Assembly (NCBI GenBank): GCA_964057225.1 | Contig: OZ059894.1 | Span: 19,096,001-19,160,000 of the forward strand | Reading direction: 5' to 3' | DNA: 64,000 nt | Origin: Auanema rhodensis | Taxonomy: Eukaryota; Animalia; Nematoda | Shown: piece by piece, positions 7,501-22,700 of the stretch | How positions within the stretch are numbered: the first letter of the stretch is position 1 | How the letters are laid out: each line of letters opens with the position of its first letter | Made by a program: the position numbers and the translations under genes | The notes under the pieces: model-generated | Told to the model about the DNA's origin: nothing | The model's database searches: none | Seen by the model: only the letters and a program-made list of their open reading frames with translations

Positions 7501-10500
7501 AGTAAATGTTTTTAGATTCCTTTTTTCAAGGCAAAGACGATGGACAATGTTATTCAACGAAAAAATTGATTCTTCAGGGTGAAAATCGAGGATATAAGTG
7601 TGAACTTATATCAGTTGATATCTGGGTGCATTTTTAAGCTAGCGCAAATCTGATAACACAGATCGACGCAGCTTAAAAATCCGCATCGAATGCACTATAC
7701 TACATTGAGAAACGCTTAATACAAAAATTAGTTATGATCGTTTGAAAAATGATGCATTAGTGTATGTTGAGTTTCCATGTACACTCAACATTGCTTCCAA
7801 AAACATTTTGACAAAAATTTTTTCGAAAAATTTCAAAATAATTTAGCAAAAAGTAGATGTTTTTAGATTCCTTTTTTCAAGGCAAAGACGATGGACAATG
7901 TTATTCAACGAAAAAATTAATTCTTCAGGGTGAAAATCGAGGATATAAGTGTGAACTTATATCAGTTGATATCTGGGTGCATTTTTAAGCTAGCGCAAAT
8001 CTGATAACACAGATCGACGCAGCTTAAAAATCCGCATCGAATGCACTACACTACATTGAGAAACGCTTAATACAAAAATTAGTTATGATCGTTTGAAAAA
8101 TGATGCATTAGTGTATGTTGAGTTTCCATGTACACTCAACATTGCTTCCAAAAACATTTTGACAAAAATTTTTTCGAAAAATTTCAAAATAATTTAGCAA
8201 AAAGTAGATGTTTTTAGATTCCATTTTTCAAGGCAAAGACGATGGACAATGTTATTCAACGAAAAAATTAATTCTTCAGGGTGAAAATCGAGGATATAAG
8301 TGTGAACATATATCAGTTGATATCTCGGTGCATTTTTAAGCTAGCGCAAATCTGATAACACAGATCGACGCAGCTTAAAAATCCGCATCGAATGCACTAT
8401 ACTACATTGAGAAACGCTTAATACAAAAATTAGTTATGATCGTTTGAAAAATGATCCATTAGTGTATGTTGAGTTTCCATGTACACTCAACATTGCTTCC
8501 AAAAACATTTTGACAAAAATTTTTTCGAAAACTTTCAAAATAATTTAGCAAAAAGTAGATGTTTTTAGATTTCTTTTTTCAAGGCAAAGACGATGGACAA
8601 TGTTATTCAACGAAAAAATTAATTCTTCAGGGTGAAAATCGAGGATATAAGTGTGAACTTATATCAGTTGATATCTCGGTGCATTTTTAAGCTAGCGCAA
8701 ATCTGATAACACAGATCGACGCAGCTTAAAAATCCGCATCGAATGCACTATACTACATTGAGAAACGCTCAATACAAAAATTAGTTATGATCGTTTGAAA
8801 AATGATGCATTAGTGTATGTTGAGTTTCCATGTACACTCAACATTGCTTCCAAAAACATTTTGACAAAAATTTTTTCGAAAAATTTCAAAATAATTTAGC
8901 AAAAAGTAGATGTTTTTAGATTCCTTTTTTCAAGGCAAAGACGATGGACAATGTTATTCAACGAAAAAATTAATTCTTCAGGGTGAAAATCGAGGATATA
9001 AGTGTGAACTTATATCAGTTGATATCTGGGTGCATTTTTAAGCTAGCGCAAATCTGATAACACAGATCGACGCAGCTTAAAAATCCGCATCGAATGCACT
9101 ATACTACATTGAGAAACGCTTAATACAAAAATTAGTTATGATCGTTTGAAAAATGATGCATTAGTGTATGTTGAGTTTCCATGTACACTCAACATTGCTT
9201 CCAAAAACATTTTGACAAACATTTTTTCAAAAAATTTCAAAATAAATTAGCAAAAAGTAGATGTTTTTAGATTCCTTTTTTCAAGGCAAAGACGATGGAC
9301 AATGTTATTCAACGAAAAAATTAATTCTTCAGGGTGAAAATCGAGGATATAAGTGTGAACTTATATCAGTTGCTATCTCGGTGCATTTTTAAGCTAGCGC
9401 AAATATGATAACACAGATCGACGCAGCTTAAAAATCCGCATCGAATGCACTATACTACATTGAGAAACGCTTAATACAAAAATTAGTTATGATCGTTTGA
9501 AAAATGATGCATTAGTGTATGTTGAGTTTCCATGTACACTCAACATTGCTTCCAAAAACATTTTGACAAAAATTTTTTCGAAAAATTTCAAAATAATTTA
9601 GCAAAAAGTAGATGTTTTTAGATTCCATTTTTCAAGGCAAAGACGATGGACAATGTTATTCAACGAAAAAATTAATTCTTCAGGGTGAAAATCGAGGATA
9701 TAAGTGTGAACATATATCAGTTGATATCTCGGTGCATTTTTAAGCTAGCGCAAATCTGATAACACAGATCGACGCAGCTTAAAAATCCGCATCGAATGCA
9801 CTATACTACATTGAGAAACGCTTAATACAAAAATTAGTTATGATCGTTTGAAAAATGATCCATTAGTGTATGTTGAGTTTCCATGTACACTCAACATTGC
9901 TTCCAAAAACATTTTGACAAAAATTTTTTCGAAAAATTTCAAAATAATTTAGCAAAAAGTAAATGTTTTTAGATTCCTTTTTTCAAGGCAAAGACGATGG
10001 ACAATGTTATTCAACGAAAAAATTGATTCTTCAGGGTGAAAATCGAGGATATAAGTGTGAACTTATATCAGTTGATATCTGGGTGCATTTTTAAGCTAGC
10101 GCAAATCTGATAACACAGATCGACGCAGCTTAAAATTCCGCATCGAATGCACTATACTACATTGAGAAACGCTTAATACAAAAATTAGTTATGATCGTTT
10201 GAAAAATGATGCATTAGTGTATGTTGAGTTTCCATGTACACTCAACATTGCTTCCAAAAACATTTTGACAAAAATTTTTTCGAAAAATTTCAAAATAATT
10301 TAGCAAAAAGTAAATGTTTTTAGATTCCTTTTTTCAAGGCAAAGACGATGGACAATGTTATTCAACGAAAAAATTGATTCTTCAGGGTGAAAATCGAGGA
10401 TATAAGTGTGAACTTATATCAGTTGATATCTGGGTGCATTTTTAAGCTAGCGCAAATCTGATAACACAGATCGACGCAGCTTAAAAATCCGCATCGAATG

Positions 10501-11466
10501 CACTATACTACATTGAGAAACGCTTAATACAAAAATTAGTTATGATCGTTTGAAAAATGATGCATTAGTGTATGTTGAGTTTCCATGTACACTCAACATT
10601 GCTTCCAAAAACATTTTGACAAAAATTTTTTCGAAAAATTTCAAAATAATTTAGCAAAAAGTAGATGTTTTTAGATTCCTTTTTTCAAGGCAAAGACGAT
10701 GGACAATGTTATTCAACGAAAAAATTAATTCTTCAGGGTGAAAATCGAGGATATAAGTGTGAACTTATATCAGTTGATATCTGGGTGCATTTTTAAGCTA
10801 GCGCAAATATGATAACACAGATCGACGCAGCTTAAAAATCCGCATCGAATGCACTATACTACATTGAGAAACGCTTAATACAAAAATTAGTTATGATCGT
10901 TTGAAAAATGATCCATTAGTGTATGTTGAGTTTCCATGTACACTCAACATTGCTTCCAAAAACATTTTGACAAAAATTTTTTCGAAAAATTTCAAAATAA
11001 TTTAGCAAAAAGTAAATGTTTTTAGATTCCTTTTTTCAAGGCAAAGACGATGGACAATGTTATTCAACGAAAAAATTGATTCTTCAGGGTGAAAATCGAG
11101 GATATAAGTGTGAACTTATATCAGTTGATATCTGGGTGCATTTTTAAGCTAGCGCAAATCTGATAACACAGATCGACGCAGCTTAAAAATCCGCATCGAA
11201 TGCACTATACTACATTGAGAAACGCTTAATACAAAAATTAGTTATGATCGTTTGAAAAATGATGCATTAGTGTATGTTGAGTTTCCATGTACACTCAACA
11301 TTGCTTCCAAAAACATTTTGACAAAAATTTTTTCGAAAAATTTCAAAATAATTTAGCAAAAAGTAGATGTTTTTAGATTCCTTTTTTCAAGGCAAAGACG
11401 ATGGACAATGTTATTCAACGAAAAAATTAATTCTTCAGGGTGAAAATCGAGGATATAAGTGTGAAC
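4597..11466 (+). repeat. 10-monomer (3,510-bp) higher-order duplication
   Basis: Rare variants recur at +3510: AAAACTTTC (5022/8532), CGCTCAAT (5260/8770), GACAAACATT (5710/9220). Boundaries are approximate. Confidence 0.9.
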
Positions 11467-14400
11467 ATATATCAGTTGATATCTCGGTGCATTTTTAAGC
11501 TAGCGCAAATCTGATAACACAGATCGACGCAGCTTAAAAATCCGCATCGAATGCACTATACTACATTGAGAAACGCTTAATACAAAAATTAGTTATGATC
11601 GTTTGAAAAATGATCCATTAGTGTATGTTGAGTTTCCATGTACACTCAACATTGCTTCCAAAAACATTTTGACAAAAATTTTTTCGAAAAATTTCAAAAT
11701 AATTTAGCAAAAAGTAAATGTTTTTAGATTCCTTTTTTCAAGGCAAAGACGATGGACAATGTTATTCAACGAAAAAATTGATTCTTCAGGGTGAAAATCG
11801 AGGATATAAGTGTGAACTTATATCAGTTGATATCTGGGTGCATTTTTAAGCTAGCGCAAATCTGATAACACAGATCGACGCAGCTTAAAATTCCGCATCG
11901 AATGCACTATACTACATTGAGAAACGCTTAATACAAAAATTAGTTATGATCGTTTGAAAAATGATGCATTAGTGTATGTTGAGTTTCCATGTACACTCAA
12001 CATTGCTTCCAAAAACATTTTGACAAAAATTTTTTCGAAAAATTTCAAAATAATTTAGCAAAAAGTAAATGTTTTTAGATTCCTTTTTTCAAGGCAAAGA
12101 CGATGGACAATGTTATTCAACGAAAAAATTGATTCTTCAGGGTGAAAATCGAGGATATAAGTGTGAACTTATATCAGTTGATATCTGGGTGCATTTTTAA
12201 GCTAGCGCAAATCTGATAACACAGATCGACGCAGCTTAAAATTCCGCATCGAATGCACTATACTACAATGAGAAACGCTTAATACAAAAATTAGTTATGA
12301 TCGTTTGAAAAATGATGCATTAGTGTATGTTGAGTTTCCATGTACACTCAACATTGCTTCCAAAAACATTTTGACAAAAATTTTTTCGAAAAATTTCAAA
12401 ATAATTTAGCAAAAAGTAGATGTTTTTAGATTCCTTTTTTCAAGGCAAAGACGATGGACAATGTTATTCAACGAAAAAATTAATTCTTCAGGGTGAAAAT
12501 CGAGGATATAAGTGTGAACTTATATCAGTTGATATCTGGGTGCATTTTTAAGCTAGCGCAAATCTGATAACACAGATCGACGCAGCTTAAAAATCCGCAT
12601 CGAATGCACTGTACTACATTGAGAAACGCTTAATACAAAAATTAGTTATGATCGTTTGAAAAATGATGCATTAGTGTATGTTGAGTTTCCATGTACACTC
12701 AACATTGCTTCCAAAAACATTTTGACAAAAATTTTTTCGAAAAATTTCAAAATAATTTAGCAAAAAGTAGATGTTTTTAGATTCCTTTTTTCAAGGCAAA
12801 GACGATGGACAATGTTATTCAACGAAAAAATTAATTCTTCAGGGTGAAAATCGAGGATATAAGTGTGAACTTATATCAGTTGATATCTCGGTGCATTTTT
12901 AAGCTAGCGCAAATCTGATAACACAGATCGACGCAGCTTAAAAATCCGCATCGAATGCACTATACTACATTGAGAAACGCTTAATACAAAAATTAGTTAT
13001 GATCGTTTGAAAAATGATGCATTAGTGTATGTTGAGTTTCCATGTACACTCAACATTGCTTCCAAAAACATTTTGACAAAAATTTTTTCGAAAAATTTCA
13101 AAATAATTTAGCAAAAAGTAGATGTTTTTAGATTCCTTTTTCCAAGGCAAAGACGATGGACAATGTTATTCAACGAAAAAATTAATTCTTCAGGGTGAAA
13201 ATCGAGGATATAAGTGTGAACTTATATCAGTTGCTATCTCGGTGCATTTTTAAGCTAGCGCAAATCTGATAACACAGATCGACGCAGCTTAAAAATCCGC
13301 ATCGAATGCACTATACTACATTGAGAAACGCTTAATACAAAAATTAGTTATAATCGTTTGAAAATAGATGCATTAGTGTATGTTGAGTTTCCATGTACAC
13401 TCAACATTGCTTCCAAAAACATTTTGACAAAAATTTTTTCGAAAAATTTCAAATTAAATTAGCAAAAAGTAGATGTTTTTAGATTCCATTTTTTAAGGCA
13501 AAGACGATGGACAATGTTATTCAACGAAAAAATTAATTCTTCAGGGTTAAAATCGAGGATATAAGTGTGAACTTATATCAGTTGATATCTCGGTGCATTT
13601 TTAAGCTAGCGCAAATCTGATAACACAGATCGACGCAGCTTAAAAATCCGCATCGAATGCACTATACTACATTGAGAAATGCTTGATACAGAAATTAGTT
13701 ATGATCGTTTGAAAAATGATGCATTAGTGTATGTTGAGTTTCCATGTACACTCAACATTGCTTCCAAAAACATTTTGACAAAAATTTTTTCGAAACATTT
13801 CAAAATAAATTAGGAAAAAACAGATGTTTTTAGATTCCTGTTTTCAAGGCCAAGACGATGGACAATGTTATTCAACGAAAAAATTAATTCTTCAGGGTGA
13901 AAATCGAGGATATAAGTGTGAACTTATATCAGTTGCTATCTCGGTGCATTTTTAAGCTAGCGCTAATCTGATAACACAGATCGACGCAGCTTAAAAATCC
14001 GCATCGAATGCACTATACTACATTGAGAAACGCTTAATACAAAAATTAGTTATGATCGTTTGAAAAATGATGCATTAGTGTATGTTGAGTTTCCATGTAC
14101 ACTCAACATTGATTCCAAAAACATTTTGACAAAAGTTTTTTCGAAAAATTTCAGAATAATTTAGCGAAAAATAGATGTTTTTAGATTCCTTTTTTCAAGG
14201 CAAAGACGATGGACAATGTTATTCAACGAAAAAATTAATTCTTCAGGGTGAAAATCGAGGATATAAGTGTGAACTTATATCAGTTGATATCTCGGTGCAT
14301 TTTTAAGCTAGCGCAAATCTGATAACACAGATCGACGCAGCTTAAAAATCCGCATCGAATGCACTATACTACATTGAGAAACGCTTAATACAAAAATTAG

Positions 14401-17400
14401 TTATGATCGTTTGAAAAATGATGCATTAGTGTATGTTGAGTTTCCATGTACACTCAACATTGCTTCCAAAAACATTTTGACAAAAATTTTTTCGAAAAAT
14501 TTCAAAATAATTTAGCAAAAAGTAAATGTTTTTAGATTCCTTTTTTCAAGGCAAAGACGATGGACAATGTTATTCAACGAAAAAATTGATTCTTCAGGGT
14601 GAAAATCGAGGATATAAGTGTGAACTTATATCAGTTGATATCTGGGTGCATTTTTAAGCTAGCGCAAATCTGATAACACAGATCGACGCAGCTTAAAAAT
14701 CCGCATCGAATGCACTATACTACATTGAGAAACGCTTAATACAAAAATTAGTTATGATCGTTTGAAAAATGATGCATTAGTGTATGTTGAGTTTCCATGT
14801 ACACTCAACATTGCTTCCAAAAACATTTTGACAAAAATTTTTTCGAAAAATTTCAAAATAATTTAGCAAAAAGTAGATGTTTTTAGATTCCTTTTTTCAA
14901 GGCAAAGACGATGGACAATGTTATTCAACGAAAAAATTAATTCTTCAGGGTGAAAATCGAGGATATAAGTGTGAACTTATATCAGTTGATATCTGGGTGC
15001 ATTTTTAAGCTAGCGCAAATCTGATAACACAGATCGACGCAGCTTAAAAATCCGCATCGAATGCACTATATTACATTGAGAAACGCTTAATACAAAAATT
15101 AGTTATGATCGTTTGAAAAATGATGCATTAGTGTATGTTGAGTTTCCATGTACACTCAACATTGCTTCCAAAAACATTTTGACAAAAATTTTTTCGAAAA
15201 ATTTCAAAATAATTTAGCAAAAAGTAGATGTTTTTAGATTCCTTTTTTCAAGGCAAAGACGATGGACAATGTTATTCAACGAAAAAATTAATTCTTCAGG
15301 GTGAAAATCGAGGATATAAGTGTGAACTTATATCAGTTGATATCTCGGTGCATTTTTAAGCTAGCGCAAATATGATAACACAGATCGACGCAGCTTAAAA
15401 ATCCGCATCGACTGCACTATACTACATTGAGAAACGCTTAATACAAAAATTAGTTATGATCGTTTGAAAAATGATGCATTAGTGTATGTTGAGTTTCCAT
15501 GTACACTCAACATTGCTTCCAAAAACATTTTGACAAAAGTTTTTTCGAAAAATTTCAGAATAATTTAGCAAAAAGTAGATGTTTTTAGATTCCTTTTTTC
15601 AAGGCAAAGTCGATGGACAATGTTATTCAACGAAAAAATTAATTCTTCAGGGTGAAAATCGAGGATATAAGTGTGAACATATATCAGTTGATATCTCGGT
15701 GCATTTTTAAGCTAGCGCAAATCTGATAACACAGATCGACGCAGCTTAAAAATCCGCATCGAATGCACTATACTACATTGAGAAACGCTTAATACAAAAA
15801 TTAGTTATGATCGTTTGAAAAATGATGCATTAGTGTATGTTGAGTTTCCATGTACACTCAACATTGCTTCCAAAAACATTTTGACAAAAATTTTTTCGAA
15901 AAATTTCAAAATAATTTAACAAAAAGTAGATGTTTTTAGATTCCTTTTTCCAAGGCAAAGACGATGGACAATGTTATTCAACGAAAAAATTAATTCTTCA
16001 GGGTGAAAATCGAGGATATAAGTGTGAACTTATATCAGTTGCTATCTCGGTGCATTTTTAAGCTAGCGCAAATCTGATAACACAGATCGACGCAGCTTAA
16101 AAATCCGCATCGAATGCACTATACTACATTAAGAAACGCTTAATACAAAAATTAGTTATAATCGTTTGAAAATAGATGCATTAGTGTATGTTGAGTTTCC
16201 ATGTACACTCAACATTGCTTCCAAAAACATTTTGACAAAAATTTTTTCGAAAAATTTCAAATTAAATTAGCAAAAAGTAGATGTTTTTAGATTCCATTTT
16301 TTAAGGCAAAGACGATGGACAATGTTATTCAACGAAAAAATTAATTCTTCAGGGTGAAAATCGAGGATATAAGTGTGAACTTATATCAGTTGCTATCTCG
16401 GTGCATTTTTAAGCTAGCGCAAATCTGATAACACAGATCGACGCAGCTTAAAAATCCGCATCGAATGCACTATACTACATTGAGAAACGCTTAATACAAA
16501 AATTAGTTATGATCGTTTGAAAAATGATGCATTAGTGTATGTTGAGTTTCCATGTACACTCAACATTGCTTCCAAAAACATTTTGACAAAAATTTTTTCG
16601 AAAAATTTCAAAATAATTTAACAAAAAGTAGATGTTTTTAGATTCCTTTTTCCAAGGCAAAGACGATGGACAATGTTATTCAACGAAAAAATTAATTCTT
16701 CAGGGTGAAAATCGAGGATATAAGTGTGAACTTATATCAGTTGCTATCTCGGTGCATTTTTAAGCTAGCGCAAATCTGATAACACAGATCGACGCAGCTT
16801 AAAAATCCGCATCGAATGCACTATACTACATTGAGAAACGCTTAATACAAAAATTAGTTATAATCGTTTGAAAATAGATGCATTAGTGTATGTTGAGTTT
16901 CCATGTACACTCAACATTGCTTCCAAAAACATTTTGACAAAAATTTTTTCGAAAAATTTCAAATTAAATTAGCAAAAAGTAGATGTTTTTAGATTCCATT
17001 TTTTAAGGCAAAGACGATGGACAATGTTATTCAACGAAAAAATTAATTCTTCAGGGTTAAAATCGAGGATATAAGTGTGAATTTATATCAGTTGATATCT
17101 CGGTGCATTTTTAAGCTAGCGCAAATCTGATAACACAGATCGACGCAGCTTAAAAATCCGCATCGAATGCACTATACTACATTGAGAAACGCTTGATACA
17201 GAAATTAGTTATGATCGTTTGAAAAATGATGCATTAGTGTATGTTGAGTTTCCATGTACACTCAACATTGCTTCCAAAAACATTTTGACAAAAATTTTTT
17301 CGAAACATTTCAAAATAAATTAGGAAAAAACAGATGTTTTTAGATTCCTGTTTTCAAGGCCAAGACGATGGACAATGTTATTCAACGAAAAAATTAATTC

Positions 17401-19799
17401 TTCAGGGTGAAAATCGAGGATATAAGTGTGAACTTATATCAGTTGCTATCTCGGTGCATTTTTAAGCTAGCGCTAATCTGATAACACAGATCGACGCAGC
17501 TTAAAAATCCGCATCGAATGCACTATACTACATTGAGAAACGCTTAATACAAAAATTAGTTATGATCGTTTGAAAAATGATGCATTAGTGTATGTTGAGT
17601 TTCCATGTACACTCAACATTGCTTCCAAAAACATTTTGACAAAAGTTTTTTCGAAAAATTTCAGAATAATTTAGCGAAAAATAGATGTTTTTAGATTCCT
17701 TTTTTCAAGGCAAAGACGATGGACAATGTTATTCAACGAAAAAATTAATTCTTCAGGGTGAAAATCGAGGATATAAGTGTGAACTTATATCAGTTGATAT
17801 CTCGGTGCATTTTTAAGCTAGCGCAAATCTGATAACACAGATCGACGCAGCTTAAAAATCCGCATCGAATGCACTATACTACATTGAGAAACGCTTAATA
17901 CAAAAATTAGTTATGATCGTTTGAAAAATGATGCATTAGTGTATGTTGAGTTTCCATGTACACTCAACATTGCTTCCAAAAACATTTTGACAAAAATTTT
18001 TTCGAAAAATTTCAAAATAATTTAGCAAAAAGTAGATGTTTTTAGATTCCTTTTTTCAAGGCAAAGACGATGGACAATGTTATTCAACGAAAAAATTAAT
18101 TCTTCAGGGTGAAAATCGAGGATATAAGTGTGAACTTATATCAGTTGATATCTGGGTGCATTTTTAAGCTAGCGCAAATCTGATAACACAGATCGACGCA
18201 GCTTAAAAATCCGCATCGAATGCACTATACTACATTGAGAAACGCTTAATACAAAAATTAGTTATGATCGTTTGAAAAATGATGCATTAGTGTATGTTGA
18301 GTTTCCATGTACACTCAACATTGCTTCCAAAAACATTTTGACAAAAGTTTTTTCGAAAAATTTCAGAATAATTTAGCAAAAAGTAGATGTTTTTAGATTC
18401 CTTTTTTCAAGGCAAAGTCGATGGACAATGTTATTCAACGAAAAAATTAATTCTTCAGGGTGAAAATCGAGGATATAAGTGTGAACATATATCAGTTGAT
18501 ATCTCGGTGCATTTTTAAGCTAGCGCAAATCTGATAACACAGATCGACGCAGCTTAAAAATCCGCATCGAATGCACTATACTACATTGAGAAACGCTTAA
18601 TACAAAAATTAGTTATGATCGTTTGAAAAATGATGCATTAGTGTATGTTGAGTTTCCATGTACACTCAACATTGCTTCCAAAAACATTTTGACAAAAATT
18701 TTTTCGAAAAATTTCAAAATAATTTAGCAAAAAGTAGATGTTTTTAGATTCCTTTTTTCAAGGCAAAGACGATGGACAATGTTATTCAACGAAAAAATTA
18801 ATTCTTCAGGGTGAAAATCGAGGATATAAGTGTGAACTTATATCAGTTGATATCTGGGTGCATTTTTAAGCTAGCGCAAATCTGATAACACAGATCGACG
18901 CAGCTTAAAAATCCGCATCGAATGCACTATATTACATTGAGAAACGCTTAATACAAAAATTAGTTATGATCGTTTGAAAAATGATGCATTAGTGTATGTT
19001 GAGTTTCCATGTACACTCAACATTGCTTCCAAAAACATTTTGACAAAAATTTTTTCGAAAAATTTCAAAATAATTTAGCAAAAAGTAGATGTTTTTAGAT
19101 TCCTTTTTTCAAGGCAAAGACGATGGACAATGTTATTCAACGAAAAAATTAATTCTTCAGGGTGAAAATCGAGGATATAAGTGTGAACATATATCAGTTG
19201 ATATCTCGGTGCATTTTTAAGCTAGCGCAAATCTGATAACACAGATCGACGCAGCTTAAAAATCCGCATCGAATGCACTATATTACATTGAGAAACGCTT
19301 AATACAAAAATTAGTTATGATCGTTTGAAAAATGATGCATTAGTGTATGTTGAGTTTCCATGTACACTCAACATTGCTTCCAAAAACATTTTGACAAAAA
19401 TTTTTTCGAAAAATTTCAAAATAATTTAGCAAAAAGTAGATGTTTTTAGATTCCTTTTTTCAAGGCAAAGACGATGGACAATGTTATTCAACGAAAAAAT
19501 TAATTCTTCAGGGTGAAAATCGAGGATATAAGTGTGAACATATATCAGTTGATATCTCGGTGCATTTTTAAGCTAGCGCAAATCTGATAACACAGATCGA
19601 CGCAGCTTAAAAATCCGCATCGAATGCACTATACTACATTGAGAAACGCTTAATACAAAAATTAGTTATGATCGTTTGAAAAATGATGCATTAGTGTATG
19701 TTGAGTTTCCATGTACACTCAACATTGCTTCCAAAAACATTTTGACAAAAATTTTTTCGAAAAATTTCAAAATAATTTAGCAAAAAGTAAATGTTTTTA

Positions 19800-22700
19800 G
19801 ATTCCTTTTTTCAAGGCAAAGACGATGGACAATGTTATTCAACGAAAAAATTAATTCTTCAGGGTGAAAATCGAGGATATAAGTGTGAACTTATATCAGT
19901 TGATATCTCGGTGCATTTTTAAGCTAGCGCAAATCTGATAACACAGATCGACGCAGCTTAAAAATCCGCATCGAATGCACTATACTACATTGAGAAACGC
20001 TTAATACAAAAATTAGTTATGATCGTTTGAAAAATGATGCATTAGTGTATGTTGAGTTTCCATGTACACTCAACATTGCTTCCAAAAACATTTTGACAAA
20101 AATTTTTTCGAAAAATTTCAAAATAATTTAGCAAAAAGTAAATGTTTTTAGATTCCTTTTTTCAAGGCAAAGACGATGGACAATGTTATTCAACGAAAAA
20201 ATTGATTCTTCAGGGTGAAAATCGAGGATATAAGTGTGAACTTATATCAGTTGATATCTGGGTGCATTTTTAAGCTAGCGCAAATCTGATAACACAGATC
20301 GACGCAGCTTAAAATTCCGCATCGAATGCACTATACTACATTGAGAAACGCTTAATACAAAAATTAGTTATGATCGTTTGAAAAATGATGCATTAGTGTA
20401 TGTTGAGTTTCCATGTACACTCAACATTGCTTCCAAAAACATTTTGACAAAAATTTTTTCGAAAAATTTCAAAATAATTTAGCAAAAAGTAGATGTTTTT
20501 AGATTCCTTTTTTCAAGGCAAAGACGATGGACAATGTTATTCAACGAAAAAATTAATTCTTCAGGGTGAAAATCGAGGATATAAGTGTGAACATATATCA
20601 GTTGATATCTCGGTGCATTTTTAAGCTAGCGCAAATCTGATAACACAGATCGACGCAGCTTAAAAATCCGCATCGAATGCACTATACTACATTGAGAAAC
20701 GCTTAATACAAAAATTAGTTATGATCGTTTGAAAAATGATGCATTAGTGTATGTTGAGTTTCCATGTACACTCAACATTGCTTCCAAAAACATTTTGACA
20801 AAAATTTTTTCGAAAAATTTCAAAATAATTTAGCAAAAAGTAAATGTTTTTAGATTCCTTTTTTCAAGGCAAAGACGATGGACAATGTTATTCAACGAAA
20901 AAATTAATTCTTCAGGGTGAAAATCGAGGATATAAGTGTGAACTTATATCAGTTGATATCTCGGTGCATTTTTAAGCTAGCGCAAATCTGATAACACAGA
21001 TCGACGCAGCTTAAAAATCCGCATCGAATGCACTATACTACATTGAGAAACGCTTAATACAAAAATTAGTTATGATCGTTTGAAAAATGATGCATTAGTG
21101 TATGTTGAGTTTCCATGTACACTCAACATTGCTTCCAAAAACATTTTGACAAAAATTTTTTCGAAAAATTTCAAAATAATTTAGCAAAAAGTAAATGTTT
21201 TTAGATTCCTTTTTTCAAGGCAAAGACGATGGACAATGTTATTCAACGAAAAAATTGATTCTTCAGGGTGAAAATCGAGGATATAAGTGTGAACTTATAT
21301 CAGTTGATATCTGGGTGCATTTTTAAGCTAGCGCAAATCTGATAACACAGATCGACGCAGCTTAAAATTCCGCATCGAATGCACTATACTACATTGAGAA
21401 ACGCTTAATACAAAAATTAGTTATGATCGTTTGAAAAATGATGCATTAGTGTATGTTGAGTTTCCATGTACACTCAACATTGCTTCCAAAAACATTTTGA
21501 CAAAAATTTTTTCGAAAAATTTCAAAATAATTTAGCGAAAAGTAGATGTTTTTAGATTCCTTTTTTCAAGGCAAAGACGATGGACAATGTTATTCAACGA
21601 AAAAATTAATTCTTCAGGGTGAAAATCGAGGATATAAGTGTGAACTTATATCAGTTGATATCTGGGTGCATTTTTAAGCTAGCGCAAATCTGATAACACA
21701 GATCGACGCAGCTTAAAAATCCGCATCGAATGCACTATACTACATTGAGAAACGCTTAATACAAAAATTAGTTATGATCGTTTGAAAAATGATGCATTAG
21801 TGTATGTTGAGTTTCCATGTACACTCAACATTGCTTCCAAAAACATTTTGACAAAAGTTTTTTCGAAAAATTTCAGAATAATTTAGCAAAAAGTAGATGT
21901 TTTTAGATTCCTTTTTTCAAGGCAAAGTCGATGGACAATGTTATTCAACGAAAAAATTAATTCTTCAGGGTGAAAATCGAGGATATAAGTGTGAACATAT
22001 ATCAGTTGATATCTCGGTGCATTTTTAAGCTAGCGCAAATCTGATAACACAGATCGACGCAGCTTAAAAATCCGCATCGAATGCACTATACTACATTGAG
22101 AAACGCTTAATACAAAAATTAGTTATGATCGTTTGAAAAATGATGCATTAGTGTATGTTGAGTTTCCATGTACACTCAACATTGCTTCCAAAAACATTTT
22201 GACAAAAATTTTTTCGAAAAATTTCAAAATAATTTAGCAAAAAGTAGATGTTTTTAGATTCCTTTTTTCAAGGCAAAGACGATGGACAATGTTATTCAAC
22301 GAAAAAATTAATTCTTCAGGGTGAAAATCGAGGATATAAGTGTGAACTTATATCAGTTGATATCTGGGTGCATTTTTAAGCTAGCGCAAATCTGATAACA
22401 CAGATCGACGCAGCTTAAAAATCCGCATCGAATGCACTATATTACATTGAGAAACGCTTAATACAAAAATTAGTTATGATCGTTTGAAAAATGATGCATT
22501 AGTGTATGTTGAGTTTCCATGTACACTCAACATTGCTTCCAAAAACATTTTGACAAAAATTTTTTCGAAAAATTTCAAAATAATTTAGCAAAAAGTAGAT
22601 GTTTTTAGATTCCTTTTTTCAAGGCAAAGACGATGGACAATGTTATTCAACGAAAAAATTAATTCTTCAGGGTGAAAATCGAGGATATAAGTGTGAACTT